The position numbers were made by a program, and so were the translations under genes. The notes beneath the pieces are model-generated. The model was not told the origin of the DNA, ran no database searches, and saw only the letters and a list, made by a program, of their open reading frames with translations. A stretch of DNA of 63,523 nt, filler included, from Chiloscyllium plagiosum (Eukaryota): the NCBI RefSeq assembly GCF_004010195.1. It is 4 parts of one record of this genome, joined end to end, with 100 filler letters (N's around TTAATTAATTAA, not from the genome) between each part and the next. Parts side by side here need not be neighbours in the genome. Positions count along the whole stretch, not along the records: positions 1 to 15,447 come from NC_057712.1; positions 15,548 to 38,488 come from NC_057712.1; 2 more parts are not named here. One strand, written 5' to 3'. Shown here in pieces: positions 12,691 through 24,500 of the stretch (position 1 is its first letter; each line of letters begins with the position of its first letter).

Positions 12691-13091
12691 GTCCTGTCTG
12701 AAGTGAAATTCTTTGTTGCATTCCCAAAACCTTTTCTTGATGAAGAAATGCTGGAACTGAAGCCAGCTACTATTATCTTTTTATTTTAAAAAATACTCTT
12801 TCAGTTGTCTTTGGATGATTGAACCAAAAACCTGTAGATAACTACTTCTGTGTACTGCCAATGGTCATGAAAATAATCACTGTTCGAAACAGATGCATTC
12901 CATCTGCAGGTGACAAGTGTACTTAAAATAATGCTGGTATTTCTATCCTTGGATTCTTCCACACAGGATGTGCTATAACAAAACTTGCTAAATATACAAA
13001 GACTATGTTTAGATTCTAACTGAAAATAACTTGCCTGCAGCAGTTCTAGATTTCCAAGAGATATGAGAAACAAAAGAGATATGTCTCTTAT

Positions 13092-14828
13092 TGTTGTGGT
13101 TCTGTTCGTCGAGCTGGGAATTTGTGTTGCAGACGTTTCGTCCCCTATCTAGGTGACATCCTCAGTGCTTGGGAGCCTCCTGTGAAGCGCTTCTGTGATG
13201 TTTCCTCCAGCATTTATAGTGGGTTGTCTCTGCCGCTTCCGGTTGTCAGTTCCAGCTGTCTGCTGCAGTGGCCGGTATATTGGGTCCAGGTCAATGTGTT
13301 TGTTGATAGAATCTGTGGATGAGTGCCATGCCTCTAGGAATTCCCTGGCTTGTCCTATAATAGTAGTGTTGTCCCAGTCGAACTCATGTTGCTTGTCATC
13401 TGCATGTGTGGCTACTAAAGATAGCTGGTCATGTTGTTTCGTGGCTAGTTGGTGTTCATGGATACAGATCATTAGCTGTCTTCCTGTTTGTCCTATGTAG
13501 TGTTTTGTGCAGTCCTTGCATGGGATTTTGTCCACTACATTGGTTTTGCTCATGCGGGGTATCGGGTCCTTTGTCCTGGTGAGTTGTTGTCTGAGTGTGG
13601 CTGTTGGTATGTGTGCTGTTATGAGTCCTAGTGGTCGTAGTAGTCTGGCTGTCAGTTCAGAAATGTTTTTGATGTATGGTAAGTTGGCTAGTCCTTTGGG
13701 TTGTGGCATGTCCTCATTCCATTGTCTTTCCCTTAGGCATCTGTTGATGAAATTGCGGGGATATCCATTTTTGGCGAATACGATGTAGAGGTGTTCTTCT
13801 TCCTCTTTTTGCAGTTCTGGTGTGCTGCAGTGTGTTGTGGCCCTTTTGAACAGTGTCTTGATGCAACCTTTGTGTGTGTTGGGGTGGTTGCTTTCATAGT
13901 TCAGGACTTGGTCTGTGTGTGTGGCTTTCCTGTATACCTTTGTGGTGAACTCTCTGTTCGGTGTTCACTGCACCATCACGTCTAGGAATGGGAGTTGGTT
14001 GTCCTTTTCTTCCTCTCTAGTGAATCTGATTCCTGTGAGTGTGGCGTTGATGATCCAGTGTGTGTTTTCTATTTCTGTGTTTTTAATGATTACAAAGGTG
14101 TCATCTACATATCTGACCCAGAGTTTGGGTTGAATTTGCGGTAAGACTGTTTGTTCTAATCTTTGCATTACAACTTCTGCTCTGAGTCCAGAGATGGGTG
14201 AGCCCATGGGTGTGCCGTTGATTTGTTCATATATTTGGTTGTTGAATGTGAAGTGTGTTGTGAGGCACAGGTTTAGTAGTTTGAGTATGGAGTTTTTGTT
14301 GATAGGTTCCCCGTCTTGTTGTCTGTTCTGTATGTCCAGCAGGTTGGCTATTGTTTCTCTGGCTAGGGTTTTGTCGATAGAGGTGAATAGTGCTGTTACA
14401 TCGAATGAGACCATAGTTTCTTCCTTGTCTATATGTATATTTCTGATGATGTCCAAGAATTCCTGTGTTGACTGTCTAGAGTGTCTGGATCTGCTGATCA
14501 GGTGTTTCAGTTTCTGTTGTAGTTCTTTAGCCAGTTTGTGTGATGGTGTCCCTGGTAGCGATACGATGGGACTGAGTAGGATGTCTGGTTTGTGCACTTT
14601 AGGTAGTCCATAGAATCTGGGGGTGGTGTTGCTTTCAGGTTTCATTCTCTGTAGATCAAACCTGGTTATCTGCCTGTGTTTTTGCAGGTTCCTCAGTGTG
14701 TTTATCCTATTGGTCAGCTGTGGGGTGGGGTCAAACTCTCTCTTTGGTAGGCGTTGGTATCTGCAAGTAGTTGTTGCGCTTTCTGGATGTACTCTGCTTT
14801 GTCCAGGATGATCATCATGCTGCCTTTG
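13092..14828 (-). mobile_element. Penelope/Poseidon-type PLE, 5'-truncated (RT plus GIY-YIG endonuclease, frameshifted)
   Basis: RT motifs PRFYGLPKVHK, SFDVTALFT, GTPMGSPIS, RYVDDTF, LPFLD; GIY-YIG NVVxKIPC..C...YIGQTGR...HEH. Confidence 0.95.
13129..13168 (-). ncRNA. Hammerhead ribozyme motif in the PLE 3' terminal repeat (intact core)
   Basis: GCA-CUGAGGA-U-GUCACCU(AGAU)AGGGGAC-GAAA-CG-UC^-UGC. Confidence 0.85.
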
Positions 14829-15447
14829 CAAAGATTAGAACAAACAGTCTTACCGCAAATTCAACCCAAACTCTGGGTCAGATATGTAGATGACACCTTT
14901 GTAATCATTAAAAACATAGAAATAGAAAACACACACTGGATCATCAACGCCACACTCACAGGAATCAGATTCACTAGAGAGGAAGAAAAGGACAACCAAC
15001 TCCCATTCCTAGACGTGATGGTACAGAGAACACCGAACGGAGAATTCACCACAAAGGTATACAGGAAAGCCACTCACACAAACCAAGTCCTGAACTACGA
15101 AAGCAACCACCCCAACACACACAAAAGAAGTTGCATCAAGACACTGTTCAAAAGGGCCACAACACACTGCAGCACACCAGAACTGCAAAAAGAGGAAGAA
15201 GAACACCTCTACAGCGTATTCGCCCAAAACGGATACCCCTGCAATTTTACCAACAGATGCCGAAGGGAAAGACAACGGAATGAGGACATGCCACAACCCA
15301 AAGGACTAGCCACATTACCATACATCAAAAACATTTCTGAACTGACAGCCAGACTACTACGACCACTAGGACTCATAACAGCACACAAACCAACAGCCAC
15401 CCTCAGACAACAACTCACCAGGACAAAGGACCCGATAACCAGCATGA
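14827..15447 (+). mobile_element. Inverted second copy of the same PLE, cut off by an assembly gap
   Basis: Near-identical reverse complement of 13550-14167; ORF 14754-15503 repeats RYVDDTF/LPFLD. Confidence 0.95.
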
Positions 15448-15547
15448 NNNNNNNNNNNNNNNNNNNNNNNNNNNNNNNNNNNNNNNNNNNNTTAATTAAT
15501 TAANNNNNNNNNNNNNNNNNNNNNNNNNNNNNNNNNNNNNNNNNNNN
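15448..15547. other. Assembly gap with artificial linker (44N-TTAATTAATTAA-44N)
   Basis: Exactly 100 nt; identical layout at 38489-38588 and 47035-47134. Confidence 0.97.
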
Positions 15548-16153
15548 CACACACACACTTTCTCACACTCACAACCCCCACCCCGGACAGACACACACAG
15601 ACAGACAAAGACCCACATGCACACATATATTTTGTGTGGTGAATTTGTACTTGCAGAGTTACATTGCATTTTGCTCAAAAACTGCAGACATTCATGTAGA
15701 ACTCTGAGCTCAAAAACTGCATGAATTTATGTTAAACTCTGAGCTCAAAAACTGCATGAATTTATGTTAAACTCTGTTATCCTACTTTTTAGATTAGAAT
15801 TAATCTAAACATCAGGTCATAGACAGAGAACACAGGGGGCCAACACCTTCAACATATTGTCTAGCTATTACCATTGTTAACAGCTAACCCGAGAATGCAA
15901 CTTTAAAAAAAAGGGTTTTGTGATTTACACATGAAAGAAGTGAAACTATCACTGTATTCTAACAGATGAAAGGCTTAACAGACAATCAATTCTTCAATGT
16001 ATAATTTCAGTTACATCACACTGCAAATTTTTGCTATAAATTCTGTTACGATCGAGCCCTCCACAATCACCTGATGAAGGAGCGTCGCTCTGAAAGCTAG
16101 TGTGCTTCCAATTAAACCTGTTGGACTATAACCTGGTGTTGTGTGATTTTTAA
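15548..16153 (+). mobile_element. Neptune-type PLE 3' part (same family as 8430-9322)
   Basis: Near-identical to ~8750-9283; extra copy of a 35-bp internal repeat at ~15700-15775. Confidence 0.8.
16068..16102 (+). ncRNA. Minimal hammerhead ribozyme motif
   Basis: CAC-CUGAUGA-A-GGAGC(GUC)GCUCU-GAAA-GC-UA^-GUG. Confidence 0.75.
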
Positions 16154-16154
16154 C

Positions 16155-16460
16155 ACAATATTCCAGGTATGGTCTCACCAATGCCTTATATAATTGCAGT
16201 AACATTTTTAAAAATCTTATATTACAGTCCTTTTGCGATCTCCATTTAAGTCATACTCTGTTTTTATGCTTTCTCTTCCAAAATGAACAATTTCATAAAT
16301 TCCCACATTACATTCCATTTGCCAACATTTGTCACATACTTAGCCTATCAATATGTCTCTGTGAATGTTTGTATCCCTCTCACAATCTGCCTTTCCACCT
16401 ATTTTTGTGTTGTTGCAAATTTGGCTACAATACATTCACTTCTTTCTTTCAAGTCATTGT
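16155..16460 (-). mobile_element. Old CR1 RT fragment
   Basis: MLLQLYKALVRPYLEYCV motif and an upstream AKFA(D) remnant. Confidence 0.7.
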
Positions 16461-18656
16461 CATCCACCAAGAATGAAGAATCAATCCCATGGACTAGTTG
16501 AGAGGACCCATTTCCAGTAGCAAGACTAGCAATACCAGATTGACTTCCAGCATCTCCAGTTTTCAAAGCTATCCATCCTCCTTGTTGAGCTTTGTATCCT
16601 TCGAAAGGTTACCACGGAGGTTCCTCTTGTGGCTCATATAACATCCTTAAAGTTTTTACATCTGCATAAACAATGGGATACAGTAATAGCAGTTAGTGAA
16701 CCCTGCTCACAAATGGAGAATGATTGCTGCATCAAGCATCTCACATAACATTTTTCATAACATTTTATTCCCACATCACTTCGTAGTCTCTGGACATATT
16801 GCAACTCTCCACAGGGGACTTAACTTTCAATGCTACTTTAGTTAATTTGCCGTGTTATTTAATGTATTTTTAATATTTATAATAAAAACCCTCTGTGGTG
16901 TGACAAAGGTTAAATATTTTATGTGTGAAGAATACATATATCAGTGACATCACTGCTACCATGGTATATTAACCTTACGCATTCCTCTTGTGGCTAAACC
17001 TATGTACATTTGATAAAATGACTTCAAAAAAATAGCCTGCAGCATACCCCTTGCCTGTGCAATAAGACACATTGTTCAGTGGATAATGTTATCTGTACTT
17101 GCTTTTGAAATGAGTATCCTTTTAAATGCTGGCTAGTTTTCCTGGCAATCAGAAGAGAAAGTGTTAAGCCTGCCTTACTTGGAGTTCATAGGAAGCAAAA
17201 TGGGTGACTAACTAACCATTGAACTAAAATACCTTAAGTATCTGAGGATGTTGCAGCTGCACTTATTTTCTTCACATGTTAAACTTGATTGAACTTACTA
17301 GAAATGAGTGAACAAGAAAGCATAATCACCAAGTGGACACAAGTCAACTTTGCTCCATTCTGCCTGACTCCACTTGTTATATTTCTCAAAGGAAACTAAT
17401 AGAAGATGGTACATTACTGAGCATTTACTTATGGTTGTAACATGCTTCTTAACGAAGAAAGCGTGCAGGATAGTGCAATGTAAATGGGAAACAAGTGTTG
17501 AATTCATATTCAAAATAAATCTTGTTGACTGAAGAAAAGATGAGATAATCAGCAAAAACAATTGGAAGATCTAAATATTAAAATGTCATCAATAGTACTG
17601 GATATATTTTAATAACTGCAGTTCTTAATCAAATTAGAACCACAAATCTACACTTTTGGGTACTGATAGATATAAGCTTAATGATTAGACAGATACTTTC
17701 AATATAGTTTAATTATACAGCTGCACACAATTTTTATTGTTTAACATATTTCTGTGTCATAGCTTCCAGTTACTTAATTTGAGTTTATTTTTAATTCATT
17801 ACAGGATATGGGTGTTGCTAATTAGCCAGCGTTTATTGCTCATTCCTCAGAGCACTTGTGCTGAACAGGTAAATGCATGCTGGTGACACCAGTATTCGGT
17901 GAATGGATTTTTAAAAAACCCACTACATTTGGTGAATTAGTGTGTTAAAAGTCAATACTAACCTGCATCTAATTAATCTATTTCTGACTTTAATGAAGGC
18001 TTTAGGGTGAGAGGGAATGATTAATTAACCCATGAAGGCAGCTTGGAAATGTTAAGTATTTAATAAGGCTACATGTCTCCTCTGTATTCATTCTTTGAAA
18101 TTTATATTTGGTTGGGCCTCAGGAAATCAGCCACTAACTGAGACAAGGTCTGCTGGATCAGGAAGTGGGTGCCTTTATCAATTGACTGGACAAGCTGTCC
18201 TACAACCCTTCCATTTCACCCCAAAGCCCCAGATTTTTCTCTGAGACCTCTGATTGTCCCTTCTTCATGGTTACTGATTTTCCCCATCCTAAAGGCCCTG
18301 AAATTCCCTTGTCACTAAACCTTCAACCCCTCTCCCCACCAATCTTCTGCAACTCCTCCTGACTTCACCTCCCAGAAACTAGGGACAGTTTCTTCCATTC
18401 TGGGACCAGACTGGTCCTTCATCACTATAATGCCCAGACTGGACCTTGTCCTGAGGTCTCCATCGATCTATTCCCAACCAACTGGAAGTTAAACCTGCCA
18501 GTCAGATGGTTCCAGTTCTAGACAAGGGACATGTCTTTGACAAATGTGTAAGACATTGCAATATGTGGATGAGTACTAACTTCCTATGCCCTGTGCTCTA
18601 TTGACCTCCACACTCTCAACTTATCTGAGAATTTAAAATGTCTTCTTGGTCTTATT

Positions 18657-18735
18657 GATAATGGGTATTGCTCATAGAATCTTAGATTGGTAATGGGTAT
18701 TATTCATAGAATCTTAGGTTGGCAATGGGTATTGT
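18657..18735. repeat. 32-bp tandem repeat, about 2.5 copies
   Basis: aatgggtatt..tcatagaatcttag.ttg. repeated. Confidence 0.8.
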
Positions 18736-18744
18736 TGTTAGGAT

Positions 18745-19200
18745 CCCTACAGTGCAGATGGTCATTCGGGCCATTAAGATTGTACCAAATATCCAAAGAA
18801 CACCCCATTCAGATCCACCCCATATTTCCCACGGTCAATCCACCAACCTGCACACCTTTGGACTATGGGAGGGACCAGAGCACCCAGAGGAAACACACGC
18901 AGACACAGGAAGAATGTGCAAACTCCACACAGTCATCCAAGGCTGGAATTGAACCTGGGTCCCTGGCACTGTGAGGCATCAGTACTGCCCCATTCAGATC
19001 CACCCCATATTTCCCACGGTCAATCCACCTAACCTGCACACCTTTGGACTATGGGAGGGACCAGAGCACCCAGAGGAAACACATGCAGACACAGGAAGAA
19101 TGTGCAAACTCCACACAGACAGTCATCCAAGGCTGGAATTGAACCTGGGTCCCTGGCACTGTGAGGCATCAGTACTGACCACAGAGCCATCCTGCCACCC
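18745..19200 (-). mobile_element. HE1-like tRNA-derived V-SINE with an internal 185-bp tandem duplication
   Basis: tRNA-like head with A/B boxes and V-domain ggagtttgcacattct...; units start at 18803 and 18988. Confidence 0.85.
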
Positions 19201-19630
19201 CAAATGGTCAGGACTTGTTGGGGATCTGAACGTGAAACCTTCTGCATGTCTCCAGTGCACAAACCCCAAAGCAATAATCATACTCTAGACCAACAAGCCA
19301 TTGTGACATCGCTGCCTCCCTATCCTTCAAGTTTAATTAGGTCCATGTAAAATTTGTCATATTTCTGTTTTGAATGACGAAAACTCAATTGTGCCTATGT
19401 CTGAGCAAATATACTTTTCTGAGAAAAAAAATGTACTCCAAATTGGCTGGTGTAATTTGCCTTATTTTCAGGTCTGATTATTCCAACACTTGGTCAAGGG
19501 CCAGAGTTCACAATAATGTACACTTACATTAAATGTATTTTGAAATGGTGAATGATTTTATTCATTCTACGGTTGTTGTATTAATTTTAAATGAAAAGAA
19601 GTCATTCTTTTTCCTTTTTACTGTATTCAG

Positions 19631-19777
19631 TACCATGCACTGAATTTACGAACTGGAAGATTGGACCGCTTTGCTCTCATGCTGTTATCACCTTATTATA
19701 GATGCGAAATGATATTAAAATGCTGAGACTTACAGTTATGGAAGGATTTATAAGCCTTATAAGGATGTGGCTGTGAA
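19631..19777 (+). other. Candidate non-coding exon (147 nt)
   Basis: Long pyrimidine tract ending in ctgtattcag| and donor GAA|GTGAGT; stops in all three frames. Confidence 0.45.
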
Positions 19778-19899
19778 GTGAGTACAAATTATAACAGAGT
19801 GTTAGATTCAAATGCTGCAGAGTAAAAATAACTGAGGCTCTGATCAAGCTTCCAGCCTTCTTTAGTAACTTTGAACATGTACTGAATTACGACTCAGAC

Positions 19900-21130
19900 T
19901 CTGTACTGATCAAACTGGACTTTGTCTGGAAACAGATCATCCACATGTGATGGAATTTTTGGAATTCCACTCATTACGGGATCCATCCTGTCACATGTGG
20001 AGAGACAATCCTTTCTATGTGCTCATATCAGCGTTTTGAGGCCTTACAGGTTCACTGATAGCACAGACCTTGATGCCATAATAGTGCCAATCACCTGGAC
20101 CTTTGGGACTCATTCTGTTTCTTACAAGGATCAGGTCATCAATTGCAGATTGCCTGGGGCCGGGGTAAAATTCTTTTTTCAGGAGGATAGATTCTCCTTG
20201 TGTGGCATACTCCAAGAGGGAGAGTTAATCTGAAAACCATATTTTCAAGAGTCTAATTGAAACATCCAAGGCTTTGTCCCTCTTTTTTTCTGAATACCAA
20301 GAGCTTCAACAATACATTTTCACATGTAGAGAGAATGGGAAAATTCTAAGGCATAATTCTCTGACGTGGTAGAGAGGTGTGAGATGGTAATTGCATTTGG
20401 TTAGTGAAGAGCGATTGTGCTACATTTCAGGTTTAGTGGGGGCAGGCCAAGAGATTTATAGCCAGTATCGAATAACAACCGAGATCGGCAGGTAAAGAGA
20501 TACTTTACATTTGAAAATGGCAACATAATACAGTGGAGGCAGCAAAAGGCAGAAAAAGTCAAGCTGGCAAAATGGGCTGTGAAAGGGAAGTTTGCTTGTG
20601 GGCCACATTGGACAAAAATAAAAGAAACACAACAAAACACAAGGTCATCAAAATTCAAGCTGGATGGTGGGAGGTCAAAGAAATTTCTCTCATAGAAAAG
20701 GAATTCTTGCATTTATTTGACATTTTGTACTTCCACTGGCCATCTTTGCAGCTATTAGAATAACTCTGCAATGTCAGTACTTGTCATGAGCAAATCAGGT
20801 GTGTTTTCAGAGTGGTCATGAACTGCAAATTTGATTGGATCATTTAAAGCTACTTTAAGTTTTATGAATGCTCATATTTTAAAAATGTAACTGGCAGAGA
20901 AACTGTGTTCTTGAACAAGATCAAGGATTAGTTTTTTTGCGCAACTATTGTCACAAATTGCTAAGAAAAGGTGTTACAGTTTTGAGACAAAAGGACAGAT
21001 TTAAAGCAGATACAGTAAACCAATATTAATAAAGATGAACATTGGATCAGTCCGTTATTGTTGCTGGCTTTTTACTTGTTTGAAGCCTCTCTATTCATAG
21101 TGAAGGGCGTCAAAAATCTAAAGTGCAAAT
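19900..21130 (-). mobile_element. Very old Gypsy-type LTR retrotransposon pol remnant (RNase H to integrase)
   Basis: Degenerate motifs in Gypsy order on the minus strand: FDALHYE (cf. CDASPYG), SHHPA (cf. GHPG), SWPAPTKP (cf. PWEWPxKP), YATQGES (cf. HATTGES), DDLILVRN, HVDDL. Confidence 0.4.
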
Positions 21131-22339
21131 TCAGCAGCTATAATGGCTTCCATTGTTCAACGTTAATTTCTTACAGGTTCCCTGAGCAGGTAATGAGTGA
21201 CTGTTCCTTCATTTTAGTTTGATGGCACTGCAGGTTCTTAGGTTCTGCTTGGTTCAGCAGAACTGGGTTTGCTGCTGTTTCCCTTTCATGGTAACCCTCT
21301 CTGATGCTGTCTCGCAGACTACCTCTTGTGTGTCAGATTGTCTTATGCAGATTAAAACATAAAATGGCTGCTTTTGGTTAACTTTTGATGAACCATTGTC
21401 AAGGAAGGTAAGAAAATTAGGAGCCTAAAATTTACAGAAGTGGTGTCCACATTTGGATCCATCTCAGGGTCCTTACAGGGCTACAAGTTAAGCTGGAACC
21501 CACCTGAAAGCAGCCTGGTCCAATGCCCATAACAGTAAGCAGAAGAGAGGGCCAGTTGAGTCTATAAGTTCTATCATATCCCACACAGCAATGAGTACAA
21601 CATTAGACCTGACCTGTGGCTTCTGATTCACAGCAAGGTGGTGATGCCTAACTTCCTTCTCAAATCACCTAGCAAACCAGTCAGTTCAAATTAGGGTTGT
21701 GCAACAAACACTGACCTTTCCAGGAATACCCACATCCAAGAATAATGACAAAAAAAAATCAATGGCAATAAAATTAGGCAGGAAAAAATGGCCTTGTTGT
21801 AGAGCCTCCCTGTTTGACCAGGTACCTGTTTTGTAGCCCACATGTTGTGCATTGCTGTAAATTAATGGCAGGTTTCACCACAAAATAGATGTCCAATATG
21901 TGATCACATCTCCCAAGCTTTAACTTTCAATTGTAACCTCATGGGAAATCGGAAAAGGCAAGGCAGTGAAAGTGGTGCACAACTCTGGTTCCCTCATTAG
22001 CAATAGTATGTCACTGACAACATTACACTCCTTGAGAGTGATGTGAACTCAGAACTTTGTGAAAACTGAGACAGAACTGCAATGGAAAGCAAATGGATAG
22101 GATGGAACATGGATGGTTAATCGATTGATGACCAATTTCCACTTGGCAACTTAGGTTGAAATTGTCCCTCTGGGTTATGTTTGTCTCGACCCTTTTGACT
22201 AATTTCTGGAGTTAAATGGTAAATTGAGTTTCCTATATTTTACTTCTTTTAATATATTGTGGGCATTTTTCTTTGTAGGTAATCAGCTGTCATACAGTTG
22301 GAGACATATCTAAGGTTGTGAACCTGACAAGTTTCAACT

Positions 22340-23470
22340 ATTGTGCCTTGACATTCAAGCATTACCATTGCTGAATTCCCCATTATCTGCATCCTGGGGG
22401 TTAACTGACCACAAATTGAACAGGATTGTCCATATCAATACAATGGCTATAAGAGCAGGTTAGAGGCTCAGAATCCTGCAGCCAGTAGTTACCCTGCGAT
22501 TCTTCGAAGCCTGTCCACCGTCTAAAAGTTACAAATCAGGACCATGATGGAATATTCCCTACAAAGCAGTTGGGGAGGTCGGGTTGGGGTGTTGGTTTTG
22601 AATGGGAAGGAGTGGTTGGGACAAAATGAACAAGTATTCCAGTGCTCCAGGTTAATATTCAAGACATGAGTTTGAATCCCACCATTTCAGTTGGTGAAAT
22701 TCGATTCAATAAAAATAAAGTTGGTATAAAGGCAACCATTTAGACACTGTTAAAACCCCAACTGGTTCACTAATGTCATTTGGGGAAGGAAATCTGCTAT
22801 CCTTACGTGGCCTGACCTACATGTGACTCCAGACTCATAGCAACTTGGCTGACTCTTAACTGCCCCCTGATCAATCAACATTGGACAAGAAATGATTCCT
22901 GATGAAGGGCTTTTGCCCAAAATGTCAATTTTCCTGTTCCTCGAATGTTGCCTGACCTGCTGTGCTTTTCCAGCACCACACTCTCGACTCAAATCTCCAG
23001 CATCTGCAGTCCTCACTTCCGCCTATGGACAATAAATGCTGGCCTGATCATTAATGCCCTCATTCTATGAAAGAATTATTAAAAAATCTTTCTTCACTGT
23101 ACACATCTACACCACATCCAAAAACATTCACTTCCTCACACACTGGTCCTCAGTAACAGCAGTACAAAGTGCTCTGCAGTAATTCACCAAGGCTCCTTAA
23201 ACAGTAACTTCCAAACCCATGGGCACTAGCACCCATGAGAACAAACGTAGGCGATACATAATCACCTGCAAGTTCCTTTCCAAGTCACTCACCATCCTGA
23301 CTTGGAAGTATATTGCCCTTCCTTCAGTGATGTTTAGTCAAACCCCTGGAACTCCCTCCCTAATGGCACTATGGGTGTGTCTATTCCAAACAGACTAGAA
23401 CAGTTAAAGAAAACAGCTCACTGTCACCTTCTCAACTAAGGATGGGCAATAAATACCATCAAGCAACACT
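22340..23470 (+). mobile_element. Nested cluster: CR1-like LINE 3' region (family of 2095-3192) with an inserted SINE and a hammerhead mini-element
   Basis: Homology to 2360-3150 on both sides of the SINE at ~22640-23085. Confidence 0.75.
22895..23025 (+). mobile_element. 131-nt hammerhead-headed mini-element with 13-bp TSD
   Basis: Starts ATTC-CTGATGA-A-GGGC(TTTT)GCCC-AAAA (GAAA lost, consistent with CpG decay); TSD TGGACAA(G/T)AAATG at 22882-22894 and 23026-23038. Confidence 0.8.
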
Positions 23471-23529
23471 CAGATATGAAATAATTTTAAAAAATTTTAT
23501 CTTTAAAGGATCTGCAATACCTACCAGAA

Positions 23530-23835
23530 TAATGTGTGAACATTAAATCAGGGTCTTGTCTCCCCTCTGTGATGGATCAAACATCCCCAAGCATTATTTT
23601 AAAGAAAATTAAGGGTTACTCTTCCTAGTATCCTTCTTGGTCAACATTTGTCCTTGAATCAACATCGCAACTCAACATATTAATTGGTCATTAACACATT
23701 GCTGTATGTGAGAGCTTGCTGTGCGCAAATTGGCTACTGTGATTTCCTACGTGACAACTTCAAAAGTTCCTAATCAGCTGTCATACAGTTGGAGATGTAC
23801 CAAAGGTTGCGAACCTGACAATATAAAAACATGAC
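23530..23835 (+). mobile_element. Ancient Deu-domain SINE (SacSINE1/AmnSINE1-like) with L2-type tail
   Basis: gagagcttgctgtgcgcaaattggctactgtgatttcctac matches my recollection of the Deu-SINE core. Confidence 0.6.
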
Positions 23836-24087
23836 TTCTCTACTGCACCATCGTTGAAAATTTTATTTTAAACTCTGCATGGTGTTCTATAGTGATTGCA
23901 CCACATGCTATCCACATGACTCCTTGTGTGAGAACAGACTTCAGTTCTGAGGCAAAGCCAACTACTGACTCCTCTAAGTGTGCTACTAAAAACTGTTCGC
24001 TCAGGTGTTGCCGACTACCTCTGGTTTGTGACACGTTACCACTTTGTTTAATCAAGCAGTAGTCTAGAATAAATTGAGTATAAAATG

Positions 24088-24281
24088 AAAAACTGGAAGA
24101 ACTGCTGAGGCTGGAAATCAGAATCAAAAACAGAAAGTTCTGGAAAAACTCAACAGGTCTGGGAGCATCTATAGGGACAAATCAGAGTTAACATTTTGAT
24201 TCCAGTGACACTTGTTCAGAACTGGCTTGAAGTTCTGGGGAAGGGTCACTGGACCTGAACTGTTAACTCTGATTTTTCTCC
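24088..24281. mobile_element. Head-to-head palindromic hammerhead mini-element (degenerate)
   Basis: Inverted arms 24181-24223 and 24231-24273 around a 7-nt spacer; TSD-like tgagtataaaatg / tgggtataaactg (11/13). Confidence 0.7.
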
Positions 24282-24417
24282 TGGGTATAAACTGATGTTG
24301 GGATGTTTTGCTATTTGGTAAGTTTGTACTGGACTTCACATATTTAATGTGTTAATTCAAACTGGAATAGGATCTGCTATTCATTTATACATGGGATTCT
24401 TCCTAATGAAAAGCCAC

Positions 24418-24500
24418 AAGTCACACAACACCAGGTTATAGTCCAGCAGGTTTATTTGAAATCACAAGCTTTTGGAGCACTGCTCCTTTGTCAGGTTACT
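24418..24500 (-). mobile_element. Neptune-type PLE terminal fragment with a decayed hammerhead
   Basis: Reverse complement of the 9197-9280 region; the core reads CUGACAA...AAAA. Confidence 0.7.

Noticed and set aside
15492..15503. TTAATTAATTAA palindrome recurring three times (also at 38533 and 47079)
   Set aside because: Always centred in an exact 44N+12+44N block; an artificial linker with stops in all six frames.
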